Notes under the pieces: model-generated
Told to the model about the DNA's origin: nothing
The model's input: the letters and a program-made list of their open reading frames with translations, nothing else
Databases searched by the model: none
Position numbers and translations under genes: made by a program
Part shown: piece by piece, positions 24,089 through 32,964 of the stretch
Numbering within the stretch: position 1 is the first letter of the stretch
Layout: each line of letters opens with the position of its first letter
DNA from: Chthonomonadaceae bacterium
GTDB taxonomy: Bacteria; Armatimonadota; Chthonomonadetes; Chthonomonadales; Chthonomonadaceae
Direction: 5' to 3'
Length of the DNA stretch: 45,080 nt
Assembly (NCBI GenBank): GCA_035650735.1
Contig: DASRGZ010000184.1
Span: 1-45,080, forward strand

Positions 24089-25774
24089 CTATGGGCTGTG
24101 CCGTTGGGCGGCGGCATAGACGGCGGCAGCGTCGGTGAGGCGGCCCAGGTCGCGCAGCCGATCAGCCGCCTCGATCAGCAGATCGCTGCGGTCGGGGTGC
24201 CGACGCGCCGCCTCCAGAAGCCCGGCGATGCGCTGCTCGGCAAAGAAGCGATCTTCGGCATCGGGGCTTTCCAGGGCGCGCAGGGGCGTGGGCGGCGGGT
24301 AAAGCTCCGACTCTCCCAGGATATAGTCCACGAGGCGATCCAGGTTGCGGTCGCGGCCCGGCGCCAACTCCGCCGTGCTCTGGTAGCAGATCTCCGCGTT
24401 GATAAAGTCGCTTGCGACCCGAACTTTGGAAAAAGGAATGCTCATGCCGAGGAAGTAGCGGTACAGGAAGCGGTACGCTAGGCGCTGTGTCTCCAGGGAG
24501 CGGCCTCGCTCCATGACCTCCACCATAATGGAGGGAATGTCCTCCGGGGCATTGACCTCATAGGTGAACCCGCTCTCCTTGTAGAAGCCGACGCCCGCAT
24601 GCACTATCGGCAGGCCCAGGCAGGCCATCTCCAGCCCGGCAGTGGTGCCGTAGGTCAGGCCCGCCGAGGCCAGGTCCATCAGCGAGTAGGTGCTGACCTC
24701 TTCCTGCGGCAGGATCACGCGCACGTTCTGCGGCGCGGAAGCCTTCAGCGCCTCATAGCGGCGCAGTACGCGGTCGTCTATCTTGGCGTACTCCTCCTCG
24801 TGCGGGTGGATGCGGATGACCAGCGTGTATTCGGGGTGCTCGCCAAACCAGGCGACCGTGCGCTCGATCCACTCCCGCTGGCTGATCGGGGCGGCGCGCG
24901 TCGCCATGGAAGCCTCGCACTCCGAGCTGGTACAGAGCAGCGCCATCGGCTGATCGGGCAGATTGGCGGCGGCGCGCACCTGCTGCAAGTCCTGCGGCGA
25001 GGGACTGAAGGCCCACCAGCCCATATTCTGTCCGCGCCGACGCTCGGTGAGCAGACGCTCCACGGCCCGCAACTCCCCGGCGGTCAGCGCCACCTCCTTC
25101 CACTCCCGCCACATCCGCTCGAATCTCCCCTGATTCCAGACCGGCGCGTTGACGTTGAGCGTGAGCGTATTGTCCTGGAGGCCGCGCTCATGCGTGACGA
25201 CCCGGATGCCGCGCGCTTTAGCCAGTTCCAGGGCGACCCGGTGCAGGAAGAACACGCCGTTGAGCGTCACCAGAACATCGGGCTGATGCCGCTCGAAGAG
25301 GCGCGGCAGGCAGACGGCGGCGGTGGCCGCGCCGAGCAGATAGTCTCGATAGGATTGCGCGACCTCGGGGCGACCGAGATCGGGATCGGGCGTGTTCCAG
25401 CAGTTCAAGAGCTCTGTCCAGACCCACTTGCCGAGCGGCAGCCCCTGGTATTGTGCCTCAGAAAACTCCTCCACGCGCAGGCTTTGCGCCCAGGCCGCCA
25501 GTTCCTTCCGGTCTTGATCCGTCAGAACGGCCTGCATATACTCCGCCGTGTGATGCACTTTGGGCAGTTCCCGCTCCGTAAAGCCCCGGCAGAGCTTGCA
25601 GCGCATCTCCGGCGTATGCGTGCGGACGGGCGCCATGCCGCAATCCGGAAGGCCCTGGCAGGTAATAAACCGGGCGGAGTGCCCGCGCTGCCGGATTGCG
25701 TAGGCCAGCGTGATCTCCCACATCGTATGGGGAATCCAGGGCGTATAGGGACTGAAGAACAGGACGGATTTCAT
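24089..25774 (-). CDS. Capsule-synthesis-like (KpsS/GT-B) protein, candidate CMP-nonulosonate glycosyltransferase
   Basis: Start MKSVLFF has an ATGA overlap with the upstream gene. Motifs THERG, IRIHPHE, STYSLMD and YGTTAGLEMACLGLP. Last gene of the glycan cluster. Confidence 0.7.
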   Translation of the reverse strand: MKSVLFFSPYTPWIPHTMWEITLAYAIRQRGHSARFITCQGLPDCGMAPVRTHTPEMRCKLCRGFTERELPKVHHTAEYMQAVLTDQDRKELAAWAQSLRVEEFSEAQYQGLPLGKWVWTELLNCWNTPDPDLGRPEVAQSYRDYLLGAATAAVCLPRLFERHQPDVLVTLNGVFFLHRVALELAKARGIRVVTHERGLQDNTLTLNVNAPVWNQGRFERMWREWKEVALTAGELRAVERLLTERRRGQNMGWWAFSPSPQDLQQVRAAANLPDQPMALLCTSSECEASMATRAAPISQREWIERTVAWFGEHPEYTLVIRIHPHEEEYAKIDDRVLRRYEALKASAPQNVRVILPQEEVSTYSLMDLASAGLTYGTTAGLEMACLGLPIVHAGVGFYKESGFTYEVNAPEDIPSIMVEVMERGRSLETQRLAYRFLYRYFLGMSIPFSKVRVASDFINAEICYQSTAELAPGRDRNLDRLVDYILGESELYPPPTPLRALESPDAEDRFFAEQRIAGLLEAARRHPDRSDLLIEAADRLRDLGRLTDAAAVYAAAQRHSP

Positions 25775-26778
25775 CGGTTCGCTCTTTCCAGTAGCTCGGT
25801 AACGGCCACGACGCGCTTCTGCGCGCTCGATTGCAGGGCGGCCAGCGCCACCGCCACCGCCTCGCGGCCCGCGACGCCATCGCACAGCGGCGTCTGGCCG
25901 GACTGCACGCACTCCAGGAAGTGCGTTAACTCCGCACGGTACATCGCATCCGGCGGGCAGGGAACGCGCTCGCAGCGCCACTGCCGGGTCCGGCGCGTCC
26001 AGAGGCGCACGGTCTCTTCGGTCTCCTCCCAGCGGATCATGCCCTCTGTGCCGGTGATCTCGCAGCGGCGGGTCATGACCGGGTCGAGGTAGTTCAGGTG
26101 GATGTGGAAGAGCGCGCCGCCGGCATAGCGGACCGTGACCAGCGATACGTCCTCTGTCTCCATCTGAAGGTGGAGCGTATCCGCCAGCGCGCTGACCTCA
26201 CACGCCGGGCCGAACAGCCAGCCCGCATAGTCGAGTTCATGGGAAGCATCCAGCGTCACTCCACCGCCCCATTCCCGCCGCGCCACATAGCCCTGCGCGT
26301 AGTTTGCTTTCCAGGGATAGGTTTCGGGCATGTACTGCCCGCAGTGGATCGTGCCGCACAAGACGCGCCCGATCTCGCCGGCCTCCAGCCACTCCTTGAC
26401 GCGGCGCAGGCCGGGCTGAAAGCGCATGGGGTAGCCCACCATCAGGCGCAGGGCGCGCGCCGCGCATAGCGCCAGCAGCTCCTCCATGCCCTCCAGCGTA
26501 TGCGAGAGCGGCTTTTCGACGAAGAGATGGCAGCCCGCCTCCGCCGCCTGCCGCGCCTGTGCCGCGTGCAGGTGGGTCGGCGAGCAGATCAGGGCCGCGT
26601 CGGGGGCGGCGGCCAGCGCTGCAGCATAGTCCCCAAACGTCAGTGCGCCGAGCGCCTCCGCGCGGGCGCGGCCTTCCGGCTGCGGGTCATAGGCCAGCAG
26701 GATATGCCCTCCCATCGCGTGCAGCAGGCGCAAGTGCCGCGCGCCAATCGAGCCGCAGCCAACAACCAGGAGCTTCAT
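25771..26778 (-). CDS. Gfo/Idh/MocA family oxidoreductase
   Basis: Motifs VVGCGSIG, HLFVEKP and GGGVTLDASHELD. Confidence 0.92.
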   Translation of the reverse strand: MKLLVVGCGSIGARHLRLLHAMGGHILLAYDPQPEGRARAEALGALTFGDYAAALAAAPDAALICSPTHLHAAQARQAAEAGCHLFVEKPLSHTLEGMEELLALCAARALRLMVGYPMRFQPGLRRVKEWLEAGEIGRVLCGTIHCGQYMPETYPWKANYAQGYVARREWGGGVTLDASHELDYAGWLFGPACEVSALADTLHLQMETEDVSLVTVRYAGGALFHIHLNYLDPVMTRRCEITGTEGMIRWEETEETVRLWTRRTRQWRCERVPCPPDAMYRAELTHFLECVQSGQTPLCDGVAGREAVAVALAALQSSAQKRVVAVTELLERANR

Positions 26779-26788
26779 GTTCGATTCT

Positions 26789-27541
26789 CTAGGCGGCATG
26801 GGCCGCCGGGCGGTAGTGCGCCCTCCAGGAAGGATGTTCCTGGGGAGGACAGGCGTAGGCGATGGCGTCCTCCAGGTGGATCAGGCCATCCTTGCGGGGC
26901 CGAACCTCCGCATAGAGGCGGGAAAGGAAGCGGTAATCCTCTTCGGTCTCCAGGGCCAGGCGCAGATCCGGGCAGGTCAGGCGCGGCGGCGGCGGAAGCT
27001 GCGCCACCTCAAACAGATCGCGGCGGGCGCTGAGAAAGGCGTGGATCTGTTCCCGTTCGCGGGACTCGGCGGCCAGGCCGGCGGCGCGCCGGAGCGTACG
27101 CAGTGGCATGGCCGCCGTCGCCGTGCCGAGAGGCAGACGGCTGACCGTGACGTAATCCATGCCGCTATCGAGCGCATAACGGACGCAGGCATCCAACATC
27201 TTCGGATCAAGCAGCACGTTATTGAGCGTGCAGTGCGCCACGATCTGCGCTTCCACCATGCGGGCAGCGTGCAGGACGCGCTCGAACACGTCATCCGGGC
27301 TGCCGGTAAAGCAGGGAACGCCTATGTCAGCGCAAAGCTCCCGGATAGGCCGGTCCGACGGATGCTCCGATGTGGCGACCGCCACGTTGGCCCCAAACTG
27401 GGCCGCGCGAACCCGGCGCAATACCTGTTCCAGCGCCGTCGTCTTGCCCAGGCGGAGCAGCGGCTTGCCCGGCAGGCGGTACGACTGCATCCGCGCCGGC
27501 ACGATAGCGACAATGCCCGTCGCGTGCATAATCTCCTCCAT
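26789..27541 (-). CDS. SpsF-like cytidylyltransferase-family protein (possibly degenerate)
   Basis: Motifs IVPARMQSYRLPGK, GSPDDVFER, REQI and LRLALETEEDY. Confidence 0.8.
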   Translation of the reverse strand: MEEIMHATGIVAIVPARMQSYRLPGKPLLRLGKTTALEQVLRRVRAAQFGANVAVATSEHPSDRPIRELCADIGVPCFTGSPDDVFERVLHAARMVEAQIVAHCTLNNVLLDPKMLDACVRYALDSGMDYVTVSRLPLGTATAAMPLRTLRRAAGLAAESREREQIHAFLSARRDLFEVAQLPPPPRLTCPDLRLALETEEDYRFLSRLYAEVRPRKDGLIHLEDAIAYACPPQEHPSWRAHYRPAAHAA

Positions 27542-27640
27542 GAAAATGCTCCTGTCCGTGGCTCCCTCCCTCGTCGTCCTCCGTGGCTCAGAAAGGAGAG
27601 AGTTCCCATGAATGGTCCTTTACCCATGCGCATGAAAAGG

Positions 27641-27684
27641 CTTCCCCCTCCCCTGTTCTTGGGGAGAGGTTGGGGGTGGGGGCC
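27641..27684. repeat. Family C hairpin, reverse orientation
   Basis: CCCCCTCCCC-TGTTCTT-GGGGAGAGGTTGGGGGTGGGG. Confidence 0.7.
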
Positions 27685-27727
27685 TGTTTTCGTGGTAGCG
27701 CATATAGAATTGCGGTAGCCGTTGGCT

Positions 27728-28498
27728 CTAATCGAGTTGCGCAAACGAGATCGTCGAGCCGAAGGCGAACCGCTCAATGCGGAGGCGGTTGAGGTCGAAC
27801 GCCTCCAGCACGGCCGCCGTTTCTCCATGCCAATCCTTCAGGTTCAGCTCGTCAAAGGCGAGGATCGCGCCTTTGGGCATACGCGGCAGGAAATACTCCA
27901 GCGCGACACGGGTGGGCGCATAGACATCGAAATCCAGGTAGAGCAGGCTGACGATCAGGTGTGGGTTCTCGGCCACGTACTGCGGGATGGTTTGTGTCGC
28001 GTCGCCGCGCACCAGCTCCACTTTCGGAATGTGCCCGACGAAGCGGTTCTGATCGTAGAGCGCGACGCAGCGCTGGATCTCGGCGTAGGAGTCGACCGCG
28101 AAGCCGCCCGTGTGCGCCTCGCCGGAGGCGCTGCCGGCGTCCCTGGCATCCAGCGGGCGGAAGCCTTCAAAGGTATCAAAGCCGATGACGCGCCGCTGGT
28201 GATTGACCGGCTCGAAGATGGCGCTCAACTGGGCAAAGGTCATCAGCCCGCCCCCGAAGAGCACGCCGCACTCGACAATGGAACCCTGCACGTTGAGCGC
28301 GCGCTTGAAAATCTCATACTTGATCAGGAAGTTGGTCAGGTTCTGGCGCGGCACGTACATCGGGAAGTTCATCAGCTTCTCGACGGCGGAGTAAGGGCTG
28401 CCTTCAAAGCGCTCCTCCAGTTGCTCCATGTAGGTCTTCTCGCGATCCGTGCGCAAATTCGTGGAGAAGCGATACGGTTCAGATTGGGTGAGGGTCAT
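27728..28498 (-). CDS. TylF/MycF/NovP-family O-methyltransferase
   Basis: Motifs GSIVECGV, GFDTFEGF, LYLDFDVYAPT and FDE. Confidence 0.88.
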   Translation of the reverse strand: MTLTQSEPYRFSTNLRTDREKTYMEQLEERFEGSPYSAVEKLMNFPMYVPRQNLTNFLIKYEIFKRALNVQGSIVECGVLFGGGLMTFAQLSAIFEPVNHQRRVIGFDTFEGFRPLDARDAGSASGEAHTGGFAVDSYAEIQRCVALYDQNRFVGHIPKVELVRGDATQTIPQYVAENPHLIVSLLYLDFDVYAPTRVALEYFLPRMPKGAILAFDELNLKDWHGETAAVLEAFDLNRLRIERFAFGSTISFAQLD

Positions 28499-28953
28499 GG
28501 CTTTGCTCCTTCGACAGCGTTGCGGTAGTAGCCCGCGCGGACGACCATCGGATTGCCGGATACCAGGGAATAGGGCGGTATCTCCACGCCGTCCACGATG
28601 GTTCCTGCGGCGATAACGCTGTGGTGGCCGATATGCGCGCCGCCCTTGACGACGCTATGCGAGCCGATAAAGACGTTATGCTCGATGACGATGGGCCGCC
28701 GGTCTATTGTCTCCTGGATGCCCAGGCACTTCTTGTGCGAGTCGGCGACGTTGATGGCGACAAAGGAGGCGATGTCGCAGTTATCGCCGATGACGACGCG
28801 GCTGTGATTGGCGTTTACCTCGGAAAAGCCGCCGATGTAGACGTTGGCGCCGATCTCCGGCTCGCCGTGTATCCAGACCAGCGGGTGAAACCGATTCGGC
28901 ATGTTGTCCATCATCGCCAAAAACAGGCGCTCAAACTCTTCTATTTCCATCAT
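28495..28953 (-). CDS. Hexapeptide-repeat acyltransferase
   Basis: Left-handed beta-helix repeats (IGANVYIG, IGDNCDIA, IEHNVFIG, IGHHSVIA) and GNP. Confidence 0.9.
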   Translation of the reverse strand: MMEIEEFERLFLAMMDNMPNRFHPLVWIHGEPEIGANVYIGGFSEVNANHSRVVIGDNCDIASFVAINVADSHKKCLGIQETIDRRPIVIEHNVFIGSHSVVKGGAHIGHHSVIAAGTIVDGVEIPPYSLVSGNPMVVRAGYYRNAVEGAKP

Positions 28954-28965
28954 GGCGTAAAATAG

Positions 28966-29105
28966 ACCTCACCCCCGGCCCTGCTTCCGGCAGGCTAAAC
29001 CCTGCCGCTGTAGGGCCTGCGGCCCGCTGCCCACCTACGTGGGCAGGAAAACAGAGAAGCCGGGTCACTCCCTTCCCTTTTAGGGAAGGGGGCCGGCGGG
29101 TTAGG
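28966..29105. repeat. Full-length ~140-bp family C element
   Basis: Terminal IR ACCTCACCCCCGGCCC / GGGCCGGCGGGTTAGG. Internal hairpins GGCAGGCTAAACCCTGCC and CCCTTCCC-TTTTA-GGGAAGGG. Confidence 0.85.
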
Positions 29106-29119
29106 CTAGAGTCCGCGCT

Positions 29120-29857
29120 TCAAGCGGCGGATAGCCGGTGCTCGCAGAGGCGCGGCAGGTCTGCGCGCGCGGCGTTGCCCGACAGGAGAATATCCAGGCT
29201 ATCGTCGCCACAGTTCAAGAGCAGGTCAAAGACGCTCAGGTGCGAGCAGAATTCGCCCCAGAGCTGCGGGTAGGTAGGATGGCGGTAGTCCTGGAAATAA
29301 ACGGCGATGCCCGCGCGATGGAAGCTCGCCACGTCGGCATAGTCCCTACCGAGCGCACCGAAAATATAGGTGTCTGCTCCCAGCTTTCGGCACATATCCA
29401 GCACCAGGTCAGATTTCTGGCCCTCCAGGTCGATCTCGCGTCCCAGGATCAGGCGCGGACGCAGGCCCAGCGCCTCCAGCAGATAGCGGAACATGGCCTC
29501 GTTGAGGGCATTGAGATGCGTCCACTCCCGGCTGTAGAGGTCGTGGAGGAAGGGCGCATAGCGGCTCCAGTAGCGCGCCTTGCCGTAGCTCAGCTCAAAC
29601 GACCGCCAGTGTTTGTGCCGCCAGTCTTCCTGGTTATTGATCTCCACCTCGGTCAACCGCTGGTCGAAGCGCCTGCTGGTGCGCACCGGCACGGTCAGCC
29701 AGGCCGGGCCGTTGGCGGTCTTAATCTTGTTGCGGTTGTTCCAGTCCTTTTTCAGGTACTGGACGGTGTCCAGGTAGACGAAGGCATCCGCCAGGGCGAT
29801 CTTGTGGAACAGGCCCAGCCAGGGCAGATAGACGGGCTGATGGGCAGTTAGGATCAT
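29120..29857 (-). CDS. WbqC family protein
   Basis: Motifs HQPVYLPWLG, NRNKIK, WLTVP, YPQ and LSVFDLL. Confidence 0.93.
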   Translation of the reverse strand: MILTAHQPVYLPWLGLFHKIALADAFVYLDTVQYLKKDWNNRNKIKTANGPAWLTVPVRTSRRFDQRLTEVEINNQEDWRHKHWRSFELSYGKARYWSRYAPFLHDLYSREWTHLNALNEAMFRYLLEALGLRPRLILGREIDLEGQKSDLVLDMCRKLGADTYIFGALGRDYADVASFHRAGIAVYFQDYRHPTYPQLWGEFCSHLSVFDLLLNCGDDSLDILLSGNAARADLPRLCEHRLSAA

Positions 29858-31197
29858 GGCAGTCGCTCCAGGGCGCGGGCAATATGCTCCACCTCGTCGT
29901 CGGTAAGGCCGGGGTAGAGGGGCAGGGAGACGGCCTGCGCGGCCAGCCGCTCCGCGTTGGGGAAATCCGCCGGATTGAGGTGGAGATAGCCCTCACCCCC
30001 GGCCCCGTGTGCAGGGTGTAGGGGATAGGGGGTAGGGGGTAGGGTCGCCCCCACCCCTTCCCCTCCCCCAATTGTAGGGGAGGGGAGAGCAGAATCCGGG
30101 TCACCCCCTTCCCTCTCAGGGAAGGGGGCCGGGGGGTTAGGTAGTACAGGAGGGCTGTGACGCAGATAGCGGTGCAGCAACTCGTAGGTGGCGATGGGCC
30201 GGATGGCGCGGATGCCCTCTGCGGCAAAATAGTCCAGCGGCCAGTCAGCGCTTCCCTTCTCGGCGGAGTTCTCCACCTCCGGCACAAGGACAAACCGATA
30301 GTAAACCGGTTGGGCGTCGGCGCGGGCCTCCTGCGCGCGCCAGCCAGAGGGCAGGGCGCAGCGATAGCGGGCGGCGATGGCGGCGCGGCGTGCCAGTCGT
30401 TCCGGCAGGCGGGCTAACTGGCTCCTGCCGAGCGCCGCCTGGAAGTCGGTCATCTGGTAGTTGTAGCGGACGCGGTAGGTGGGGCGGCAATCGAAGTCGC
30501 GCAGATCGCGCACCGTCTCCATGAGAGTGCGCGGCCCGACGACCATACCACCCTGTCCGGTGGTCATCAGCTTGGTGGCATAGAAGGAAAAGATGGCGAT
30601 GTCGCCCAGCGTGCCGGCTTTGCGCCCCGCCACAGCCGCCCCGATGGCCTGCGCGCAGTCCTCGACGACGGGCACGCCCAGCGCCCGCAGCGCGCCGATG
30701 TCGGCGGGAAAGCCATACGTATGCGGCGCGATGATCGCCTTCGTGCGCGCGGTCAGCAGGGCGTGGACGTGGGCCGGATCCAGATTAAAATCGTTTGGCG
30801 ACACGTCGGCCAGAACCGGCGCTGCGCCCGCGTGGCAGACCGCATTCAGCACCGCCGAGCAGACATAGGTGGGCAGGATAACCGCATCCTCCGGCCCGAC
30901 TCCGAGCGCCAGCAGCGCCAGATGTAGCGCCGTCGTGCCGCTGGAGACCGCGACCGCGTCGCCCTCCAGGCCCAGGAAGGCGCAGACCTCCTCTTCGAAG
31001 GCGCGCGTCTGGGGACCCTGCGCGATCCAGCCGGAGGCCAGCGTCCCACTGACGGCGGCGATATCGGCGTCCGTGATCAGCGGGCGGTTATGCGGTATCA
31101 GGGGGCGTGCCCCGGCGGTTAGCGTCTCCGTCTTCATTTCGGCTTCATTGCGCGCAGCGTCCGTTCGTAGGAGCGGGCGTGTTTCGGCGGTTAGCAT
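29854..31197 (-). CDS. DegT/DnrJ/EryC1/StrS sugar aminotransferase carrying a 60-aa repeat-derived insertion
   Basis: Motifs SSGTTALHLAL, EDCAQ, FSFYATK (PLP lysine) and SLPLYP. Alternative start at 31137. Confidence 0.92.
   Translation of the reverse strand: MLTAETRPLLRTDAARNEAEMKTETLTAGARPLIPHNRPLITDADIAAVSGTLASGWIAQGPQTRAFEEEVCAFLGLEGDAVAVSSGTTALHLALLALGVGPEDAVILPTYVCSAVLNAVCHAGAAPVLADVSPNDFNLDPAHVHALLTARTKAIIAPHTYGFPADIGALRALGVPVVEDCAQAIGAAVAGRKAGTLGDIAIFSFYATKLMTTGQGGMVVGPRTLMETVRDLRDFDCRPTYRVRYNYQMTDFQAALGRSQLARLPERLARRAAIAARYRCALPSGWRAQEARADAQPVYYRFVLVPEVENSAEKGSADWPLDYFAAEGIRAIRPIATYELLHRYLRHSPPVLPNPPAPFPEREGGDPDSALPSPTIGGGEGVGATLPPTPYPLHPAHGAGGEGYLHLNPADFPNAERLAAQAVSLPLYPGLTDDEVEHIARALERLP
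29991..30170. mobile_element. 180-bp family C palindromic insertion, in frame within the DegT gene
   Basis: AGATAGC occurs at 29984-29990 and 30164-30170, exactly 180 bp apart. IR CCTCACCCCCGGCCCC / GGGGCCGGGGGGTTAGG is shared with 28966-29105. Confidence 0.85.
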
Positions 31198-31904
31198 CGG
31201 GCGAGAACCAGATCGTACATATACCAGGACTGCCAGATATGGGGGTCCATCGTACGGATTTCGGCTGCCATGCCGGCCCGACCGGCCAGGTCGGCCATCT
31301 CCTCCGGGGCCAGCCAGAGCAGGCGTTCGTTGCGGGCGCGCAGCAGCGCCTTCTGTTCTGGCGTGCGATCCAGCCTGGCGATACCCGATAGGTAGTCCGC
31401 TTTGTGCTGGATATCGGGATTGCCCGCCACCAGCGCCCTGCCGCCGGGAGCCAGCACGCGCGCCACCTCCCGGAGCGCCGTCTGTACCTGCTCTCTATCC
31501 GGAAGGTACTGAAGAACGCTCCAGCAGAGAACCCTGTCGAAGGTTCCCTCCGGGAAAGGCAGGGCCAGCACGTTGGCCTGCCGTACCTCCACATGGGGAA
31601 ACTTGAGGAGATGGCGGGCTGCATTCTTCACCTGGCCCTGCGCGTAGTCCACGCCCACGGCGTAGCGTACCCAGGGCGCGAGCATCTGCAGGACGTGGCC
31701 GCTGCCGCAGCCGATGTCCAGGAGAGAGCTCTCGCCGGAGAACTCCAGCTTGGCGCAGATGTCGGCCAGAAGGTAGAAGAACTCGGCGGCGCTGGCGCTG
31801 CTGCGGCCATTCGCTTTTGCCGGATGTTCCGCCTGCGCCGTCTCCTCCCAGAACCGCAGCCAGTAATCGTCTCTCTCGGCCTTATTCATCAAAAGCGTGC
31901 ACAT
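31191..31904 (-). CDS. Class I SAM-dependent methyltransferase
   Basis: Motifs LLDIGCGSG, GVD, LPFPEGTFDRV and RVLAPGG; RBS AGAGGAG. Confidence 0.9.
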   Translation of the reverse strand: MCTLLMNKAERDDYWLRFWEETAQAEHPAKANGRSSASAAEFFYLLADICAKLEFSGESSLLDIGCGSGHVLQMLAPWVRYAVGVDYAQGQVKNAARHLLKFPHVEVRQANVLALPFPEGTFDRVLCWSVLQYLPDREQVQTALREVARVLAPGGRALVAGNPDIQHKADYLSGIARLDRTPEQKALLRARNERLLWLAPEEMADLAGRAGMAAEIRTMDPHIWQSWYMYDLVLARC

Positions 31905-31952
31905 GCCGTCTCCTCTTTGCCTTGTCACCCGGTGGGGCCGGGGGTTAGGTCA

Positions 31953-32963
31953 TCAGCTTGCAAGCGTGAGCGTGGAGGCCTGCCGCCGCAGGATCAGGCG
32001 TTCCATCGCGTCTGCGATGCGGGCGGGGCCGTTGCCGTCCAGCAGGGCGCGGCCTGCCTCCGCCATAGCGGCGCGCTCCCGCGAATCGGCCAGCAGGCAC
32101 GCAACTTCCGCGGCTAGAGACCCCACTTCGGCTTGCGATGCGGGCAGGGCGCGGAGCGTCCCCACGCTCTCCAGGACGGTGGCAAGGGCCATGTGACGGG
32201 CCTCCTCGGCCAGCGCAATAGCCGGCACGCCGCACGCCGCCAATTCATACAGCGTTACCCCGACAGCGGTCACGGCCAGCCGATGCGCCTTCATCACCGA
32301 AATCATATCGGTGACGGCGGCGCGCACGCTCACTGCGTGCGGGTATGATTCCAGCAGGTCGCATAGGCTCTCGCGATGGTGATACCCCGGCCCCAGAATT
32401 ACGGTCATCGTCACGGGCGGTTCCAAAGCGCGCAGCCCTTCCAGAACCCGCGCGGTCAGGTTGGTCGGGTCGCTCCCTCCCAGGGTGACGACGAGGTCTC
32501 GCGTCGGGGGAACGCGCGGCGTCTCGGCGACTCGGCGCGGGATGAGGGCGTAGCGCGGCCCGCCCAAAACGCGCTGGCCGGAGTCCGCCGGAGCCTCGCG
32601 CCAGATCATCTGTGTGTTGATCAGCAGGTCGGCGGGCAGCGGCGCGGCTTGAAAATCATCGAGAACGATCAGCGGATATTGGGCGCGCAGCAGGGCCAGC
32701 GTCTCGGCGTCATAGGCCGGCAGATCGCAGACAATGGCGTCTGGTTGGAGGCTCTCGGCCACCAGGTGCAGGTCGTGCTCCGCTTCCAGCGGCAGGAAGC
32801 GCCAGGCCGAATGGAACCAGTGCGTCTGATCCAGCCGGTCCTGCGAGGCAAACCAGACCGTATGCCCGCGTCGGGCCAACTCATCGGCCAGAGTCGCCAT
32901 GCGGGCCAGATGCCCATAGCCGATAGCCGCGTTCGCATCCACGCGCAGCAGGCGAACCGCCAT
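31953..32963 (-). CDS. PseG/SpsG-like UDP-diacetamido-trideoxyhexose hydrolase
   Basis: Motifs RVDANAAIGYGHLARM, LDD, GPRYALI, TLGGSD, GVTLYE and DGNG. Confidence 0.85.
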   Translation of the reverse strand: MAVRLLRVDANAAIGYGHLARMATLADELARRGHTVWFASQDRLDQTHWFHSAWRFLPLEAEHDLHLVAESLQPDAIVCDLPAYDAETLALLRAQYPLIVLDDFQAAPLPADLLINTQMIWREAPADSGQRVLGGPRYALIPRRVAETPRVPPTRDLVVTLGGSDPTNLTARVLEGLRALEPPVTMTVILGPGYHHRESLCDLLESYPHAVSVRAAVTDMISVMKAHRLAVTAVGVTLYELAACGVPAIALAEEARHMALATVLESVGTLRALPASQAEVGSLAAEVACLLADSRERAAMAEAGRALLDGNGPARIADAMERLILRRQASTLTLAS

Positions 32964-32964
32964 C

